DNA of 64,000 bases from Candidatus Nomurabacteria bacterium (GCA_020632415.1 JACKFO010000002.1:711918-775917); one strand, 5' to 3'; positions 1-10,140 are shown, numbered from the stretch's first letter. The notes: a model not told the origin generated them from the sequence alone. Program-made: numbers and translations.

Positions 1-1
1 A

Positions 2-1000
2 GGTCACAATTCTTTGGTTAAATTAGGAACAGCAGTTGGCGTAGTTGCTGCGCAGAGTATTGGTGAGCCTGGTACTCAGCTAACCATGCGTACTTTCCAC
101 ACCGGCGGTGTAGCTTCCGAAGCGGACGTAACCCAAGGTTTGCCAAGAGTAGAAGAATTATTTGAAGCTCGTCCACCAAAGAAAAAGTCAATTTTGGCTC
201 CAGCTTCTGGAATTGTTGAAATCGGAGAAATGGGACAATTGGTCAGCAAGGACAATCGAATTATTAAGATCAAAACCCAAGATACCAGAATCGAAGAATA
301 TTTATTGGAAAAGAAAGCCCAACTAAAAGTAGAAGATGAGCAGGAAGTAAAACCAGGACAGACTTTATTTATCATCAACCAAAAAGAAGAGAAAACAGAG
401 CTAGGTGGTTTAGTGAAGATTGAAAAAGGAAAAATTAAAGTCATGCAAAAAGCTGGCGAAGAAATAGAAGTGATTATTCCGGCTGGCTATACTTTGTGGG
501 TCAAAGATCAAGAGATTGTTGAAGAAGGAAAAAATCTAACCGACGGTAGCGTTGATTTACACGAATTATTCCAACATCGAGGAATTTTAGAAACTCAAAA
601 ATACATCATCGCCGAAATTAAGCATATTTATTCTTCTCAAGGACAAAATTTAGACGACAAACACGTAGAATTAATTGTTAGACAAATGTTCTCTCGTATT
701 TTCATCAGAGACATTGGAGATACTGAATTATTGCCGGGTGAGATCATTACTCAAACTCAATTCAAAGAAGCAAATATAGAGAGCAAAGGAGATCAGGCAA
801 CTGGAGATATTTTACTTTTAGGTATTACCAAAGCCTCTTTAACCTCAGACTCTTTCTTGTCAGCAGCAAGTTTCCAAGAAACCGCTCGTGTCTTAATTGA
901 TGCTGCTATTACCGGCAAGGTAGATCACTTGAGAGGCTTGAAAGAAAATGTTATTATCGGACGTAAAATTCCAGCTGGTACTGGTTTTGAAGGAAGATAG
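2..1000 (+). CDS. rpoC: DNA-directed RNA polymerase subunit beta' (C-terminal part; 5' end lies outside the window)
   Basis: The frame is open from the window edge. It contains the conserved rpoC motif [28 protein letters not shown]. Confidence 0.9.
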   Translation, partial: GHNSLVKLGTAVGVVAAQSIGEPGTQLTMRTFHTGGVASEADVTQGLPRVEELFEARPPKKKSILAPASGIVEIGEMGQLVSKDNRIIKIKTQDTRIEEYLLEKKAQLKVEDEQEVKPGQTLFIINQKEEKTELGGLVKIEKGKIKVMQKAGEEIEVIIPAGYTLWVKDQEIVEEGKNLTDGSVDLHELFQHRGILETQKYIIAEIKHIYSSQGQNLDDKHVELIVRQMFSRIFIRDIGDTELLPGEIITQTQFKEANIESKGDQATGDILLLGITKASLTSDSFLSAASFQETARVLIDAAITGKVDHLRGLKENVIIGRKIPAGTGFEGR

Positions 1001-1023
1001 TCAATAAAACAGCTTAAAAAGAA

Positions 1024-1058
1024 ACACCGTCAAGCACTTGATTTGACGGTGTTTTTTG
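1024..1058 (+). terminator. Rho-independent terminator after rpoC
   Basis: 10-bp stem acaccgtcaa/ttgacggtgt with a 9-nt loop, followed by TTTTTT. Confidence 0.6.
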
Positions 1059-1118
1059 GTTTCATTTTTCTTTTAGATATGTTAAAATATACTATATTTA
1101 GTGAAAGTTTATAAAAAT

Positions 1119-3389
1119 ATGGCAAGAAAAAGAAAAGTTGGTCGTCCTCGAAAAAGCAGGGTTTATGAAGAGGAAGAGTTTGCAAGTAGTTGGTCTTTGG
1201 ATCCGGAAACCAAAAAAGGAATAGTAATTGTGGTGATTTTTTTGATTGCTTTTTTGGGCATGCTATCAATGTTTAATTTAGCTGGGGCTTTTGGACACGC
1301 GCTTTCTTCGTCTTTATCTTATGTTTTTGGTTGGGGAGATTGGTTGTTTTTGTTAATTTTATTATTTTTAGGATATGTTTTATTAAATAGCGAAAGATAT
1401 TTAATAAAATTAAGTAATTATATCGGACTTTTTTTATTGGTCCTCGCTTATTCTGGTTTATTTGATTTTTTTAGCAAAAATCTTAGTTATCAAGAGATAA
1501 CTTCTTTAGGAAAAGGAGGCGGAGCTTTAGGTTATGCGGTTGGCAGTATTTTAGAGAACTTTTTAGGTCTTTGGGGAGCAATAGTTTTACTTTTAGCTTT
1601 ATTGATCGTTGGAATTCTTTTAGGATTTAATACATCTTTTCGAGCAATGGTTGATCGAGCAAAAGCTTTGGGAATTTTAAAAGAAAAAATATTACCATTA
1701 GAAAGCGAAGAAGAAGAGGACGATGAAGAATACTTTGAGTACGAAGAAGAATCTGCAGAAGAGTCAGAAGAAGACGAAGATGCTGAAGATGCGGAGCCTG
1801 AAGAAGAGGATGATGAAGAAATTGAAACAGAAGCAGACGAAGAAACAGAGCCCAAACCAGCGCGAAAACCAAGAAAAATAATCATTCCTCTTGAATTATT
1901 AACTCACTCTAATTCAAAACCAAACTCAGGAGACATCGAAGCTAACATGACTAAGATCCAAAAGACCCTAGAGAACTTTGGTATTGAAGTCACTATGGGC
2001 GATGTGAATGTTGGGCCAACGGTGACGCAGTATACTTTGCGTCCAGCAGAAGGCGTAAAATTATCACACATTTTGACTTTGCAAAATGATTTAGCTTTAG
2101 CTCTTGCTGCTCATCCGCTTCGTATTGAAGCGCCGATTCCAGGAAAATCTTTAGTTGGCATTGAAGTGCCAAATCAAACGGTCTCCATTGTAAAATTAAG
2201 AGAAATTTTGGAAGGCGAGGAATATAAGAAGCGCAAAAATAATCTGTTTATCGCTTTAGGAAAAGACGTTGCTGGATCTTCGCGAATGGCTAATTTAGCA
2301 GCCATGCCTCATTTGTTGATTGCTGGAGCAACTGGTTCCGGTAAATCAGTTTGCGTGAACAATATTATTTTAAGCTTGATTTATCAGAACTCTCCTGATG
2401 AATTAAAGTTCATCATGGTTGATCCAAAGCGCGTGGAACTTTCTGTTTACAATGATATTCCTCATCTTTTAACGCCAGTAATCAATGAGTCAGATAAGAC
2501 TATTAATGCTTTGAGGTGGGTAGTCAAAGAAATGGATGAGCGTTATAAACTTTTGCAAGCTGCTGGTAAAAGAAATATTGAAAGTTATAATTCATCGGTC
2601 ATTGTCAATAAAATGCCTTATATTATTGTGATTATCGATGAATTAGCGGACTTGATGCAGGTAGCTGCTAAAGAAGTTGAGGGGGCAATTATTCGTTTGG
2701 CTCAAATGGCTCGAGCCGTTGGCATTCATTTAGTTCTTGCCACTCAACGTCCTTCGACCAACGTTATTACCGGTTTAATTAAAGCGAACATTACTTCTCG
2801 TATTGCTTTTTCAGTCGCTTCAAATATTGACTCTAGAACAATCATTGATTCAGCTGGAGCTGAAAAGTTGTTGGGTAAAGGCGATATGTTGTTTATGACC
2901 TCTGAACTTCCACAGCCACGACGTATTCAAGGTGCTTATGTTTCAGACGAAGAAATTTCCGAGGTAGTAGAATACGTCAAGAGTCAAGCTGAGCCAGAAT
3001 ACAGAACAGAAATTACCGAAAAGGTTGGCGGAGCAAGTGTTTTGGGCGGAGCTTATTCTGGTGATGATTTTGGTGATGATTTAGCTCTTGATGCTAAAGA
3101 GATCGTGATTAAAGCCGGAAAAGCCTCAGCAACATTATTGCAACGTCGTTTACGCGTAGGCTATGCTCGAGCAGCAAGGCTTTTGGATATTTTAGAAGAA
3201 ATGGGAGTTGTTGGTCAGGCCGAAGGTTCAAAAGCAAGAGATGTTTTGATTTCCCAAGAAGAGCTTGAAGAAAACTTTTCTAGCGACTTAGATGAAGAAG
3301 AGCTTTCTGAGCTAGAAGAAGATGAAACGGAGGAAGAAAATCTTGAAGAAGACTTAGACGAAGAAGAGGAAGATGATGAAAGATTTTAA
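1119..3389 (+). CDS. ftsK: DNA translocase FtsK/SpoIIIE with an N-terminal TM domain, acidic linkers and a gamma winged helix
   Basis: Walker A GATGSGKSVCVNN, Walker B IIVIIDELADL and the gamma-domain motif LLQRRLRVGYARAARLLD. The ORF track starts at a GTG at 1101, but the ATG at 1119 (MARKRK) is preferred. Confidence 0.85.
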   Translation: MARKRKVGRPRKSRVYEEEEFASSWSLDPETKKGIVIVVIFLIAFLGMLSMFNLAGAFGHALSSSLSYVFGWGDWLFLLILLFLGYVLLNSERYLIKLSNYIGLFLLVLAYSGLFDFFSKNLSYQEITSLGKGGGALGYAVGSILENFLGLWGAIVLLLALLIVGILLGFNTSFRAMVDRAKALGILKEKILPLESEEEEDDEEYFEYEEESAEESEEDEDAEDAEPEEEDDEEIETEADEETEPKPARKPRKIIIPLELLTHSNSKPNSGDIEANMTKIQKTLENFGIEVTMGDVNVGPTVTQYTLRPAEGVKLSHILTLQNDLALALAAHPLRIEAPIPGKSLVGIEVPNQTVSIVKLREILEGEEYKKRKNNLFIALGKDVAGSSRMANLAAMPHLLIAGATGSGKSVCVNNIILSLIYQNSPDELKFIMVDPKRVELSVYNDIPHLLTPVINESDKTINALRWVVKEMDERYKLLQAAGKRNIESYNSSVIVNKMPYIIVIIDELADLMQVAAKEVEGAIIRLAQMARAVGIHLVLATQRPSTNVITGLIKANITSRIAFSVASNIDSRTIIDSAGAEKLLGKGDMLFMTSELPQPRRIQGAYVSDEEISEVVEYVKSQAEPEYRTEITEKVGGASVLGGAYSGDDFGDDLALDAKEIVIKAGKASATLLQRRLRVGYARAARLLDILEEMGVVGQAEGSKARDVLISQEELEENFSSDLDEEELSELEEDETEEENLEEDLDEEEEDDERF

Positions 3390-3391
3390 AG

Positions 3392-4060
3392 ATGTCCAAT
3401 TTTCAGAAAAAGACAATCAGCAAAGGGCAGACAGTTGCCAACCGTTTAAAAAATTCTAGATTAGAGAAGTCTTTGAGTTTAGATGATGTTAGTGAGCAGA
3501 TTAATGTTCAAAAAAAATATCTAGAAATTTTGGAAAGTGGAAATTATCAAGATTTGCCGGGAGATATTTATGTTCGTAATTGGATCAAGTTGTATGGAAA
3601 TTTTTTGTCAGTACCAGTCAATGAGCTTTTACTTGATTATAAGCTGGAAAAAACTTTAGGACAAAAGTTTACGGCAGTTCAAAATAAAAATAAAAAATAT
3701 CATTGGAAATTTTTAGGACCACATCTACTCAAACGCGCTCTTGTAGTTTTTGTCGTTTTGGTGGTTTTAGGTTATTTTGCTTGGGAGATTAATAACATTG
3801 TTAGTCCGCCACAGGTAAAAGTTTTTCAACCAGAAAATAATACCAAAACAACCGAAAGCGTGATTTTGATCTCTGGTCAAACAGAAAAAGAAATACAGTT
3901 GAGTATCAATGGCGAATTAATTTTACTTGATGCGGAAGGAAATTTTTCTAAGGAAGTAAATTTATCACTCGGCTTGAATAATTTAGTGATAAATGCTAAA
4001 AAGAAACATAGCAAGAAGCGAGTAATTGAGCTCAATATTTTGCGAGAATCAACAGAATAA
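3392..4060 (+). CDS. RodZ-like HTH (XRE) cytoskeleton/morphogenesis protein with one TM
   Basis: N-terminal HTH region LSLDDVSEQINVQKKYLEILESGNYQDLPGDIYVRNWIKLYGNFL, followed by a TM helix and an extracytoplasmic tail. Confidence 0.6.
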   Translation: MSNFQKKTISKGQTVANRLKNSRLEKSLSLDDVSEQINVQKKYLEILESGNYQDLPGDIYVRNWIKLYGNFLSVPVNELLLDYKLEKTLGQKFTAVQNKNKKYHWKFLGPHLLKRALVVFVVLVVLGYFAWEINNIVSPPQVKVFQPENNTKTTESVILISGQTEKEIQLSINGELILLDAEGNFSKEVNLSLGLNNLVINAKKKHSKKRVIELNILRESTE

Positions 4061-4119
4061 TTATTAAAGCAAACCTTAAACTTAAAATAGGCCGGGGATT
4101 GCTGTAAAAGGTAAATATT

Positions 4120-5133
4120 ATGGCAGAAAAAAAGAAATTGGAGGACAAATTTAGCGCAGAGACACTAAATGCGATTACTCAGATACGTAGCCGTTTTGGT
4201 GAAGGTTCGATTATGAAGTTGGGTGAGGCCAAGGCAATGAATGTTGGCGCGGTAACGACCGGCTGTCTATCTCTGGACATGGCTTTGGGTGTTGGTGGTG
4301 TGCCAAAAGGTAGAATTGTTGAAATTTATGGACCAGAATCTTCTGGAAAAACAACTCTTGCCCAGCATATTGCCGCTGAAGTTCAAAAAGAAGGTGGCGT
4401 TGCCGCCTTTGTGGACGCTGAGCATGCCCTTGATCCGGATTATGCTAAGAAAATCGGTGTTAATGTTGAAGAGCTTTTGATTTCTCAACCAGACACAGGT
4501 GAGCAAGCCTTAGAGATTGTTGAAGCTTTGGTTCGATCAAATGGCGTGGGAGTGGTTATTGTGGATTCAGTAGCAGCTTTGGTTCCCAAAGCAGAAATCG
4601 AAGGTGATATGGGTGATTCTCACATGGGCTTACAAGCTCGCTTAATGTCTCAAGCTCTAAGAAAACTTGCGGGCATTGTTCACAAGAGCAACACAATTGT
4701 AATTTTCATTAATCAGATTAGAATGAAAATAGGCGTTTTCTTTGGCAATCCAGAAACAACTTCTGGAGGAAATGCTTTGAAGTTTTATTCTTCAGTTAGA
4801 ATTGAAGTCAGACGTTCAGCGCAAATTAAACAAGGAGAAAAGATTATTGGTAATCAGGTCAAAGCTAAAATAGTAAAAAATAAAGTCGCAGCTCCATTTA
4901 AAGGCGCCACTTTTGACATTATGTATAACGAAGGAATTTCTATTTCTGGGGACACTTTGGATACAGGACTAGCCATGGGAGTGATTACTAAGGCTGGAAA
5001 CTCTTATAGTTATGGCGAGACAAAACTAGGTGTTGGCCGAGAGACAGTGAAAACCTTTTTGAAAGAAAATCCCAAATTAATTGCTGAAATCAAGAAAAAA
5101 GTTTGGCAGGAATATAAGGCTCAAGATATTTAA
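4120..5133 (+). CDS. recA: Recombinase RecA
   Basis: Walker [12 protein letters not shown] and full-length RecA-like sequence (337 aa). Confidence 0.95.
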   Translation: MAEKKKLEDKFSAETLNAITQIRSRFGEGSIMKLGEAKAMNVGAVTTGCLSLDMALGVGGVPKGRIVEIYGPESSGKTTLAQHIAAEVQKEGGVAAFVDAEHALDPDYAKKIGVNVEELLISQPDTGEQALEIVEALVRSNGVGVVIVDSVAALVPKAEIEGDMGDSHMGLQARLMSQALRKLAGIVHKSNTIVIFINQIRMKIGVFFGNPETTSGGNALKFYSSVRIEVRRSAQIKQGEKIIGNQVKAKIVKNKVAAPFKGATFDIMYNEGISISGDTLDTGLAMGVITKAGNSYSYGETKLGVGRETVKTFLKENPKLIAEIKKKVWQEYKAQDI

Positions 5134-5145
5134 ACCATTTTTAGT

Positions 5146-5179
5146 CCCCGCCTCGCTTAAGCGAGGCGGGGCTTTTTTT
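5146..5179 (+). terminator. Rho-independent terminator after recA
   Basis: GC stem ccccgcctcgc/gcgaggcgggg followed by a T-run. Confidence 0.7.
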
Positions 5180-5195
5180 ATCTGCTTTTTTCGGC

Positions 5196-5201
5196 TATAA
5201 T
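5196..5201 (+). promoter_or_regulatory. -10 box TATAAT six nt upstream of the ATG (leaderless-type promoter)
   Basis: ttttttcggcTATAATagacgcATG. The same ttttttcggctataat string recurs at 55844-55859. Confidence 0.4.
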
Positions 5202-5207
5202 AGACGC

Positions 5208-6635
5208 ATGTCTACGGCAAACAAAATTTTTTCCAACACAGTTTGGCAGATGGTTATTCGAGCTGTAAGTGTTTTGATTGGAGTTTTAAATTTGGCTTTA
5301 ATTACTCGTATTTTGGGAACAACAAATTTTGGTTTTTACACCACAATTTTTGCTTTTGTTCAGACTTTTATGATTTTTGCCGATCTTGGTTTGTATCTAA
5401 CTTTACTAAGAGAGGTTTCCGAAGCCAAAGATTGTAAGCAAGAATCAAGGGTAGTTAATAATATTTTTACAATTAGATTTTTTGCCTCATTATTTTTTTT
5501 AGGGCTCGCTCCTCTTTTGGTTTATTTTTTGCCTTATGACCAGGAAGTCAAAACACACATCACTTATTTCTTACTAGCCTTCTTTTTTCAAAGTTTAGTC
5601 TCAACTCTTTCTGCTGTCTTTGCTAAAAAACTAGAAATGCCAAAAGTAGCAATCGCTGATTTGGCCAATAAAGTAGTTTATTTTTTTGTTTTACTTTATT
5701 TATTTTTTGAATTTGGTAATTTAAAGCAGGTTTTATCTTGGCACTCAGCTACGCAAGCTTTTGGTTTTGTGATTTTGTTTTTCTTTTTAAGAAAACACGT
5801 ACATTTAAATTTTGCTTGGGATTTTAAATATTGGAAAAAAGTATTGATCGCCACTTGGCCACTAGCTTTGACCGTTGTTTTGAACCTGGTTTATTTTAAG
5901 GCAGACACTTTGATTTTATCCGCTTTTGCTAGCCCAGAAGACGTTGGTTTGTACGGCGCTCCTTATCGAATTTTAGAGGTTTTGGTGACTTTTCCGCACA
6001 TGTTTATGAGTTTGATCTTACCTTTATTTACAGCGGCTTATTTGACTGATAATTTAGGCAGACTAAAGGAAATTTGGCAAAATGTTCTTAATTTTTTTAT
6101 AGTTTTATCAGGAGCAATGCTTTTGGGGACTTGGCTGATCAGTAAACCCTTGATGATTTTATTAGCTGGATCGGACTTTGCTATTTCTGGACAAATTTTA
6201 AATATTTTAATTATTGCCACAGTAGCAATTTTTTTCGGCACCCTCTTTACTTACTTGGTTGTGGCGATTGCCGCTCAAAAAGAAATGGTCAAATATTTTT
6301 TGCTAGCCGCCATTTTTGGTTTGCTGGGCTATTTTCTTTTTATTCCATCTTTTGGCTATTGGGCCGCAGCTTGGATGACGGTTTTTGTAGAATTTTTGAT
6401 TGCCTTTTTTGCTTATTTAGTTTTAAGGAAACATCTTAAATTAAAAAGTGATTTAAATGTTTTATATAAAACTGCTGAAGCTTTTTTGCTAGCTTTTGCT
6501 TTTGGCTATTTGATTAGGAGTTGGCATTTTATTTTGGTCTTTGTTCTTTCTTTAACGGTTTACGCCTTGAGTTTATATTTATTAAAAGCTGTTGATTATA
6601 AAACCATTCAACAATTATTTAACAAGTCAGAATAA
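5208..6635 (+). CDS. Polysaccharide biosynthesis protein / oligosaccharide flippase (Wzx/MurJ-like MOP superfamily)
   Basis: 475 aa with about 12-14 TM helices; composition and topology are typical of the Polysacc_synt family. Confidence 0.6.
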   Translation: MSTANKIFSNTVWQMVIRAVSVLIGVLNLALITRILGTTNFGFYTTIFAFVQTFMIFADLGLYLTLLREVSEAKDCKQESRVVNNIFTIRFFASLFFLGLAPLLVYFLPYDQEVKTHITYFLLAFFFQSLVSTLSAVFAKKLEMPKVAIADLANKVVYFFVLLYLFFEFGNLKQVLSWHSATQAFGFVILFFFLRKHVHLNFAWDFKYWKKVLIATWPLALTVVLNLVYFKADTLILSAFASPEDVGLYGAPYRILEVLVTFPHMFMSLILPLFTAAYLTDNLGRLKEIWQNVLNFFIVLSGAMLLGTWLISKPLMILLAGSDFAISGQILNILIIATVAIFFGTLFTYLVVAIAAQKEMVKYFLLAAIFGLLGYFLFIPSFGYWAAAWMTVFVEFLIAFFAYLVLRKHLKLKSDLNVLYKTAEAFLLAFAFGYLIRSWHFILVFVLSLTVYALSLYLLKAVDYKTIQQLFNKSE

Positions 6636-7915
6636 TGTTAGAAATTTTAGCCATTTTTTTAGCCTTTTGTTTTGGAGCGCTAGCTTATCATAATTTGCTA
6701 AAAGCTTTAGCTCTATTGATTTTTTTATTGCCAAGCTACTTGTGGCGTTTAAGTTTTTTTGGCTTGCCCTCTAGCTTTTTAGAGTTATTAATTTTGGCTT
6801 TATTTTTGATTTTTTTAATTAAAGATCAAAACTGGCGTAAATTTAATTTTTTTCAGGCAAAGGAAAATTTGCTAAGTAAAAAATGGCAAGCTTTATTATT
6901 TTTGTGGCTATTGGCAAGTTTGTTTGCTTTGTTTGTTAATTTTAATTTTTCTAGCCTTGGTTTGTGGCGCGCTTATTTTTTGGAGCCGATGATGGTTTTT
7001 TTAGTTTTTATTTACGCTATCAATAAAGAAAAAGATTTAAAATTAATTTATTTATCCTTTTCTGCTTTATTATTTAGCCTTTTTGCTATTGCTCTATTTC
7101 AAGCTTTGACAGCTTGGAATTTACCGGCAGCTTATGACTTTCCTAATCCTAGAAGATTGACTACACTTTTTTCTTACCCCAATGCCCTGGCTCTATTTGT
7201 TGCTCCACTTGCTATTTTTTTATTGAGCTTAGCAAAAATAGTTCAAAATCAAAAAGAGAGAATTATTTATTTCATTTCAGCAATAATGGGTTTTTTATTG
7301 CTTATATTTGCTAGAAGTGAAGGGGCAATTTTAGCTTTAGTTATTGCTTTGTTTATTTTTATTTTTAAAAAATTAAGAAAAAATTTAGAACGGGCGATAA
7401 TATTTGCAGCCTCGGCATTTGTCTTATTTTTTACACCACTAAAAGTTTATTTTTACAAAATTTTTGGTGATTTACTTTGGCCAAACTCAGAATATTTTAC
7501 TAGTTCTTTGGCTGTACGTGGTTTGCAATGGCAGGAAACTTTTGCTCTGTTGCATGACCATTGGTTTTTTGGCGCAGGGATAAATGGCTATCAAAAAATG
7601 ATGGCAATTTACCATCAAATTACTTGGCTAGAAATCTTTTTGTACCCACATAATATCTTTTTAAATTTTTGGGTAGAATTAGGCCTCTTCGGCTTATTAA
7701 TTTTTATTGGTTTATTATTTTTTATTTTTAAAACTTGCTGGCAGTTAATTAAAAATCAAAATATTTTAGCCTGGCCCTTGACTTTAGCCTGGTTAACTAT
7801 TTTAATTCATGGTTTAGTTGATGTGCCTTATTTTAAAAATGATCTTAGTGTTTTATTTTTTATTTTTTTGGCTTTACTGATTATCGCGCAGAAGCAAGGC
7901 AAGGCTCAAGGCTAA
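6635..7915 (+). CDS. O-antigen ligase/polymerase-like (Wzy_C) membrane protein
   Basis: Multi-TM protein with a periplasmic-loop motif LHDHWFFGAGINGYQ and a later LTILIHGLVDVPYF. Confidence 0.55.
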   Translation: MLEILAIFLAFCFGALAYHNLLKALALLIFLLPSYLWRLSFFGLPSSFLELLILALFLIFLIKDQNWRKFNFFQAKENLLSKKWQALLFLWLLASLFALFVNFNFSSLGLWRAYFLEPMMVFLVFIYAINKEKDLKLIYLSFSALLFSLFAIALFQALTAWNLPAAYDFPNPRRLTTLFSYPNALALFVAPLAIFLLSLAKIVQNQKERIIYFISAIMGFLLLIFARSEGAILALVIALFIFIFKKLRKNLERAIIFAASAFVLFFTPLKVYFYKIFGDLLWPNSEYFTSSLAVRGLQWQETFALLHDHWFFGAGINGYQKMMAIYHQITWLEIFLYPHNIFLNFWVELGLFGLLIFIGLLFFIFKTCWQLIKNQNILAWPLTLAWLTILIHGLVDVPYFKNDLSVLFFIFLALLIIAQKQGKAQG

Positions 7916-9280
7916 ATAAACAATAATTAAAACGTGAAATAAGGCAGAGACAGTCAGATTTAATAAAAGCAAAGCTAGCAAAGAACTAAAAAGGCCTAAG
8001 TAAGCAGGTTCTTTTTTTATTTTTTGCCAAACTTTTTTTGTGAGCAAAAAGAAAAAGGTCAAAAAACTCAAAACACCAAAAATTCCCCATTTGATCCAGA
8101 TTTCAAAATAACCCCAATCAAAATAGCGTGTATTTTGTAAATTTCCTTGAGCATTGATCAGTTCCAGATTTTGTCCTAGGCCAGAGCCAAGCACAGGATT
8201 TTCCTTGATTAATTTTTTAATGGGTTTTAATAGCTCTAAACGATTAGTAGCACTTTGATCAGAGCTTGGTTCTTGCAAGCCATTGAGTCGTAGACCCAAA
8301 ATTGCTAAACCAGAGTCTTGTCCTTGGCTGGAAGCTAAATTTAGACCAACAAACAAACAGATAAAAATTAAAAGATTATAGAAAGCCAGTTTTAAGCAAG
8401 GTTTAAATTTGTCTCGAGAGAACAAAAATAAAAAACCAAAAATTAAACTTAAGAAATAAGCTCGAGAAACATTCAAGGCTAAAATTAGGTTTAAGAAAAC
8501 CAAAATTAAAAAATAAATTTTTTCTTTTTTGATTAAATAAAAGTTAGCTGCCAAAAAGAAGAAGGGAATGATTAAGATTTGTTCTGGAAAAACTACGCGC
8601 CAATAAAAAGGCGTGACTAGAGTAATTTTGGCCAAAGCAAAATCACGTAGCCAATTATAATAGGCTTGGTGAATAATCGTCGTTTCACTGACGAATAAAA
8701 AGAAATTTAGTAAAGCCCAGACAGCGCTACTTAATAAAAAAGCAATGATTAAATTTTTGAGGAAGGTTTTATTTTTTTCTGGTTTTAAAAATTCACTTGC
8801 TGGAATAAATAAAATTAAAAAAGCAAAAGGAATCAAATCTTGGTAAATATATTTTAGTTCATGACCAGCTTTGATTCCTAAAAAGGTGGCTAAAAATAAA
8901 AAGCAATAAAAAGTAATTAGAGAAAATAATATTTTTTTATCTATTTTAAAATTTTTGTATTTTTTATAAAATAAAAATTCGCTTAAATACAAAATTAAAA
9001 AAATAAGAGTCAGAGAGGTACGAAGGGAGAGACCGGAAAATTCAAAAAAATGTCCGGCGCCACCTAATAAATATTCACTAAGCAAAATCAACCAGGCTAA
9101 ATTTTTATTTTTTAAATAAATTAAAATAAAACCCAAGAGTAATAAAAAACTCAAAGTATTTGCTAGCAAAGAATGATTGATAAAAGCAAAAGAAAGTCCG
9201 CGGAGCAAAAAAAACCCCAGACTCAGTGATAAAATTTGTAGCCAAGAGATATTGGCTTTTGAGGTAGAAAATGATAACAT
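7874..9280 (-). CDS. O-antigen ligase/polymerase-like (Wzy_C) membrane protein, paralog
   Basis: Multi-TM protein with the motif NRLELLKPIKKLIKENPVLGSGLGQ. It is convergent with the previous gene and the 3' ends overlap by 42 bp. Confidence 0.5.
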   Translation of the reverse strand: MLSFSTSKANISWLQILSLSLGFFLLRGLSFAFINHSLLANTLSFLLLLGFILIYLKNKNLAWLILLSEYLLGGAGHFFEFSGLSLRTSLTLIFLILYLSEFLFYKKYKNFKIDKKILFSLITFYCFLFLATFLGIKAGHELKYIYQDLIPFAFLILFIPASEFLKPEKNKTFLKNLIIAFLLSSAVWALLNFFLFVSETTIIHQAYYNWLRDFALAKITLVTPFYWRVVFPEQILIIPFFFLAANFYLIKKEKIYFLILVFLNLILALNVSRAYFLSLIFGFLFLFSRDKFKPCLKLAFYNLLIFICLFVGLNLASSQGQDSGLAILGLRLNGLQEPSSDQSATNRLELLKPIKKLIKENPVLGSGLGQNLELINAQGNLQNTRYFDWGYFEIWIKWGIFGVLSFLTFFFLLTKKVWQKIKKEPAYLGLFSSLLALLLLNLTVSALFHVLIIVYLALSLALLLRDNQ

Positions 9281-9346
9281 AAGACTAGCTTATTTTAGCA
9301 TTTATTTGTGAATAAGGTAATATATTGGATTGTTTATTAAAAAGAC

Positions 9347-9589
9347 ATGGTTTTTGAGCAGGATTTTTTAGAACAAGCAGAGAGAAGAAGACAAGAAGAG
9401 ACCTTGTTTAATGAAAGAATTGGGGAGTTTAGCCCGGAAGATTTGGAATTAGATGATTCAAGTGCTCCTGATAATAGTGGAAATTATACCAAGTTTGATG
9501 AAAAAATAAGAAAAGTTTTTCCAGAAATTTCGGAAGATAGATTTCCTGCTATCAAAGCAGCTGTAACTATGCATCTTTGTGGTTTTTAG
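9347..9589 (+). CDS. Hypothetical small acidic protein
   Basis: ORF only; no recognisable motif. Confidence 0.25.
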   Translation: MVFEQDFLEQAERRRQEETLFNERIGEFSPEDLELDDSSAPDNSGNYTKFDEKIRKVFPEISEDRFPAIKAAVTMHLCGF

Positions 9590-9604
9590 ATTTATCAATT
9601 ACAC

Positions 9605-9692
9605 GGAGGCGTGCTAGAGTGGTTGAATAGGGCACTCTCGAAAAGTGTTGTCTCGCAAGGGACCGAAGGTTCGAATCCTTCCGCCTCCGCCA
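9605..9692 (+). tRNA. tRNA-Ser (anticodon CGA), type II with a long variable arm and encoded CCA
   Basis: Acceptor ggaggcg/cgcctcc, anticodon loop ctCGAaa, variable stem gtctc/gggac, T-arm gaagg-ttcgaat-ccttc. Confidence 0.8.
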
Positions 9693-9720
9693 ATGAGAAT
9701 TTATCATTAAATAAAAATAT

Positions 9721-10119
9721 ATGAAGGGATTTTTTGCAAACATCGAACAAGACACTCAAGATAATGATAATTTTCGCAAGGTTTTGTATACCGGAAAAAA
9801 TAGTCAGTTAGTTTTGATGTCTTTAAAACCAAAAGAAGAAATTGGAATGGAGATTCATGCTGAAAATGACCAGTTTTTTCGATTTGAAAAAGGAGTAGGT
9901 AAGTGTATTATCGATGGCAATGAGTACGAGCTTAAAGATGGCGTGGCGGTTGTTGTTCCGGCTGGAGCAGAGCACAACATTATCAATACTTCAGAAACTG
10001 AAAGCTTAAAATTATACACTATTTATTCACCGGCTCACCACAAAGATCAGATTGTGAGAGCTAGCAAAGAAGAAGCTGAGGCCAATGAAGAAGATTTTGA
10101 TGGACAGACTACGGAGTAA
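9721..10119 (+). CDS. Cupin domain protein
   Basis: Cupin-2-like motif VVPAGAEHNIINTSE with a beta-barrel sized core and an acidic tail. Confidence 0.55.
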   Translation: MKGFFANIEQDTQDNDNFRKVLYTGKNSQLVLMSLKPKEEIGMEIHAENDQFFRFEKGVGKCIIDGNEYELKDGVAVVVPAGAEHNIINTSETESLKLYTIYSPAHHKDQIVRASKEEAEANEEDFDGQTTE

Positions 10120-10140
10120 TTTTTAAAAAAAGCTTAAAAA

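Noticed and set aside
1101-1118. GTG start for ftsK at 1101
   Set aside because: The ATG at 1119 gives the typical basic N-terminus MARKRKVGRPRK. The GTG choice is an ORF-caller default with no SD support.
1532-1885. Ser-rich and Leu-rich minus-strand ORFs opposite the ftsK acidic linker
   Set aside because: They are the mirror image of GAA/GAT repeats encoding poly-Glu/Asp, and are an artefact.
9567-9755. 62-aa minus-strand ORF
   Set aside because: It overlaps tRNA-Ser and the cupin gene start, and has no signals.
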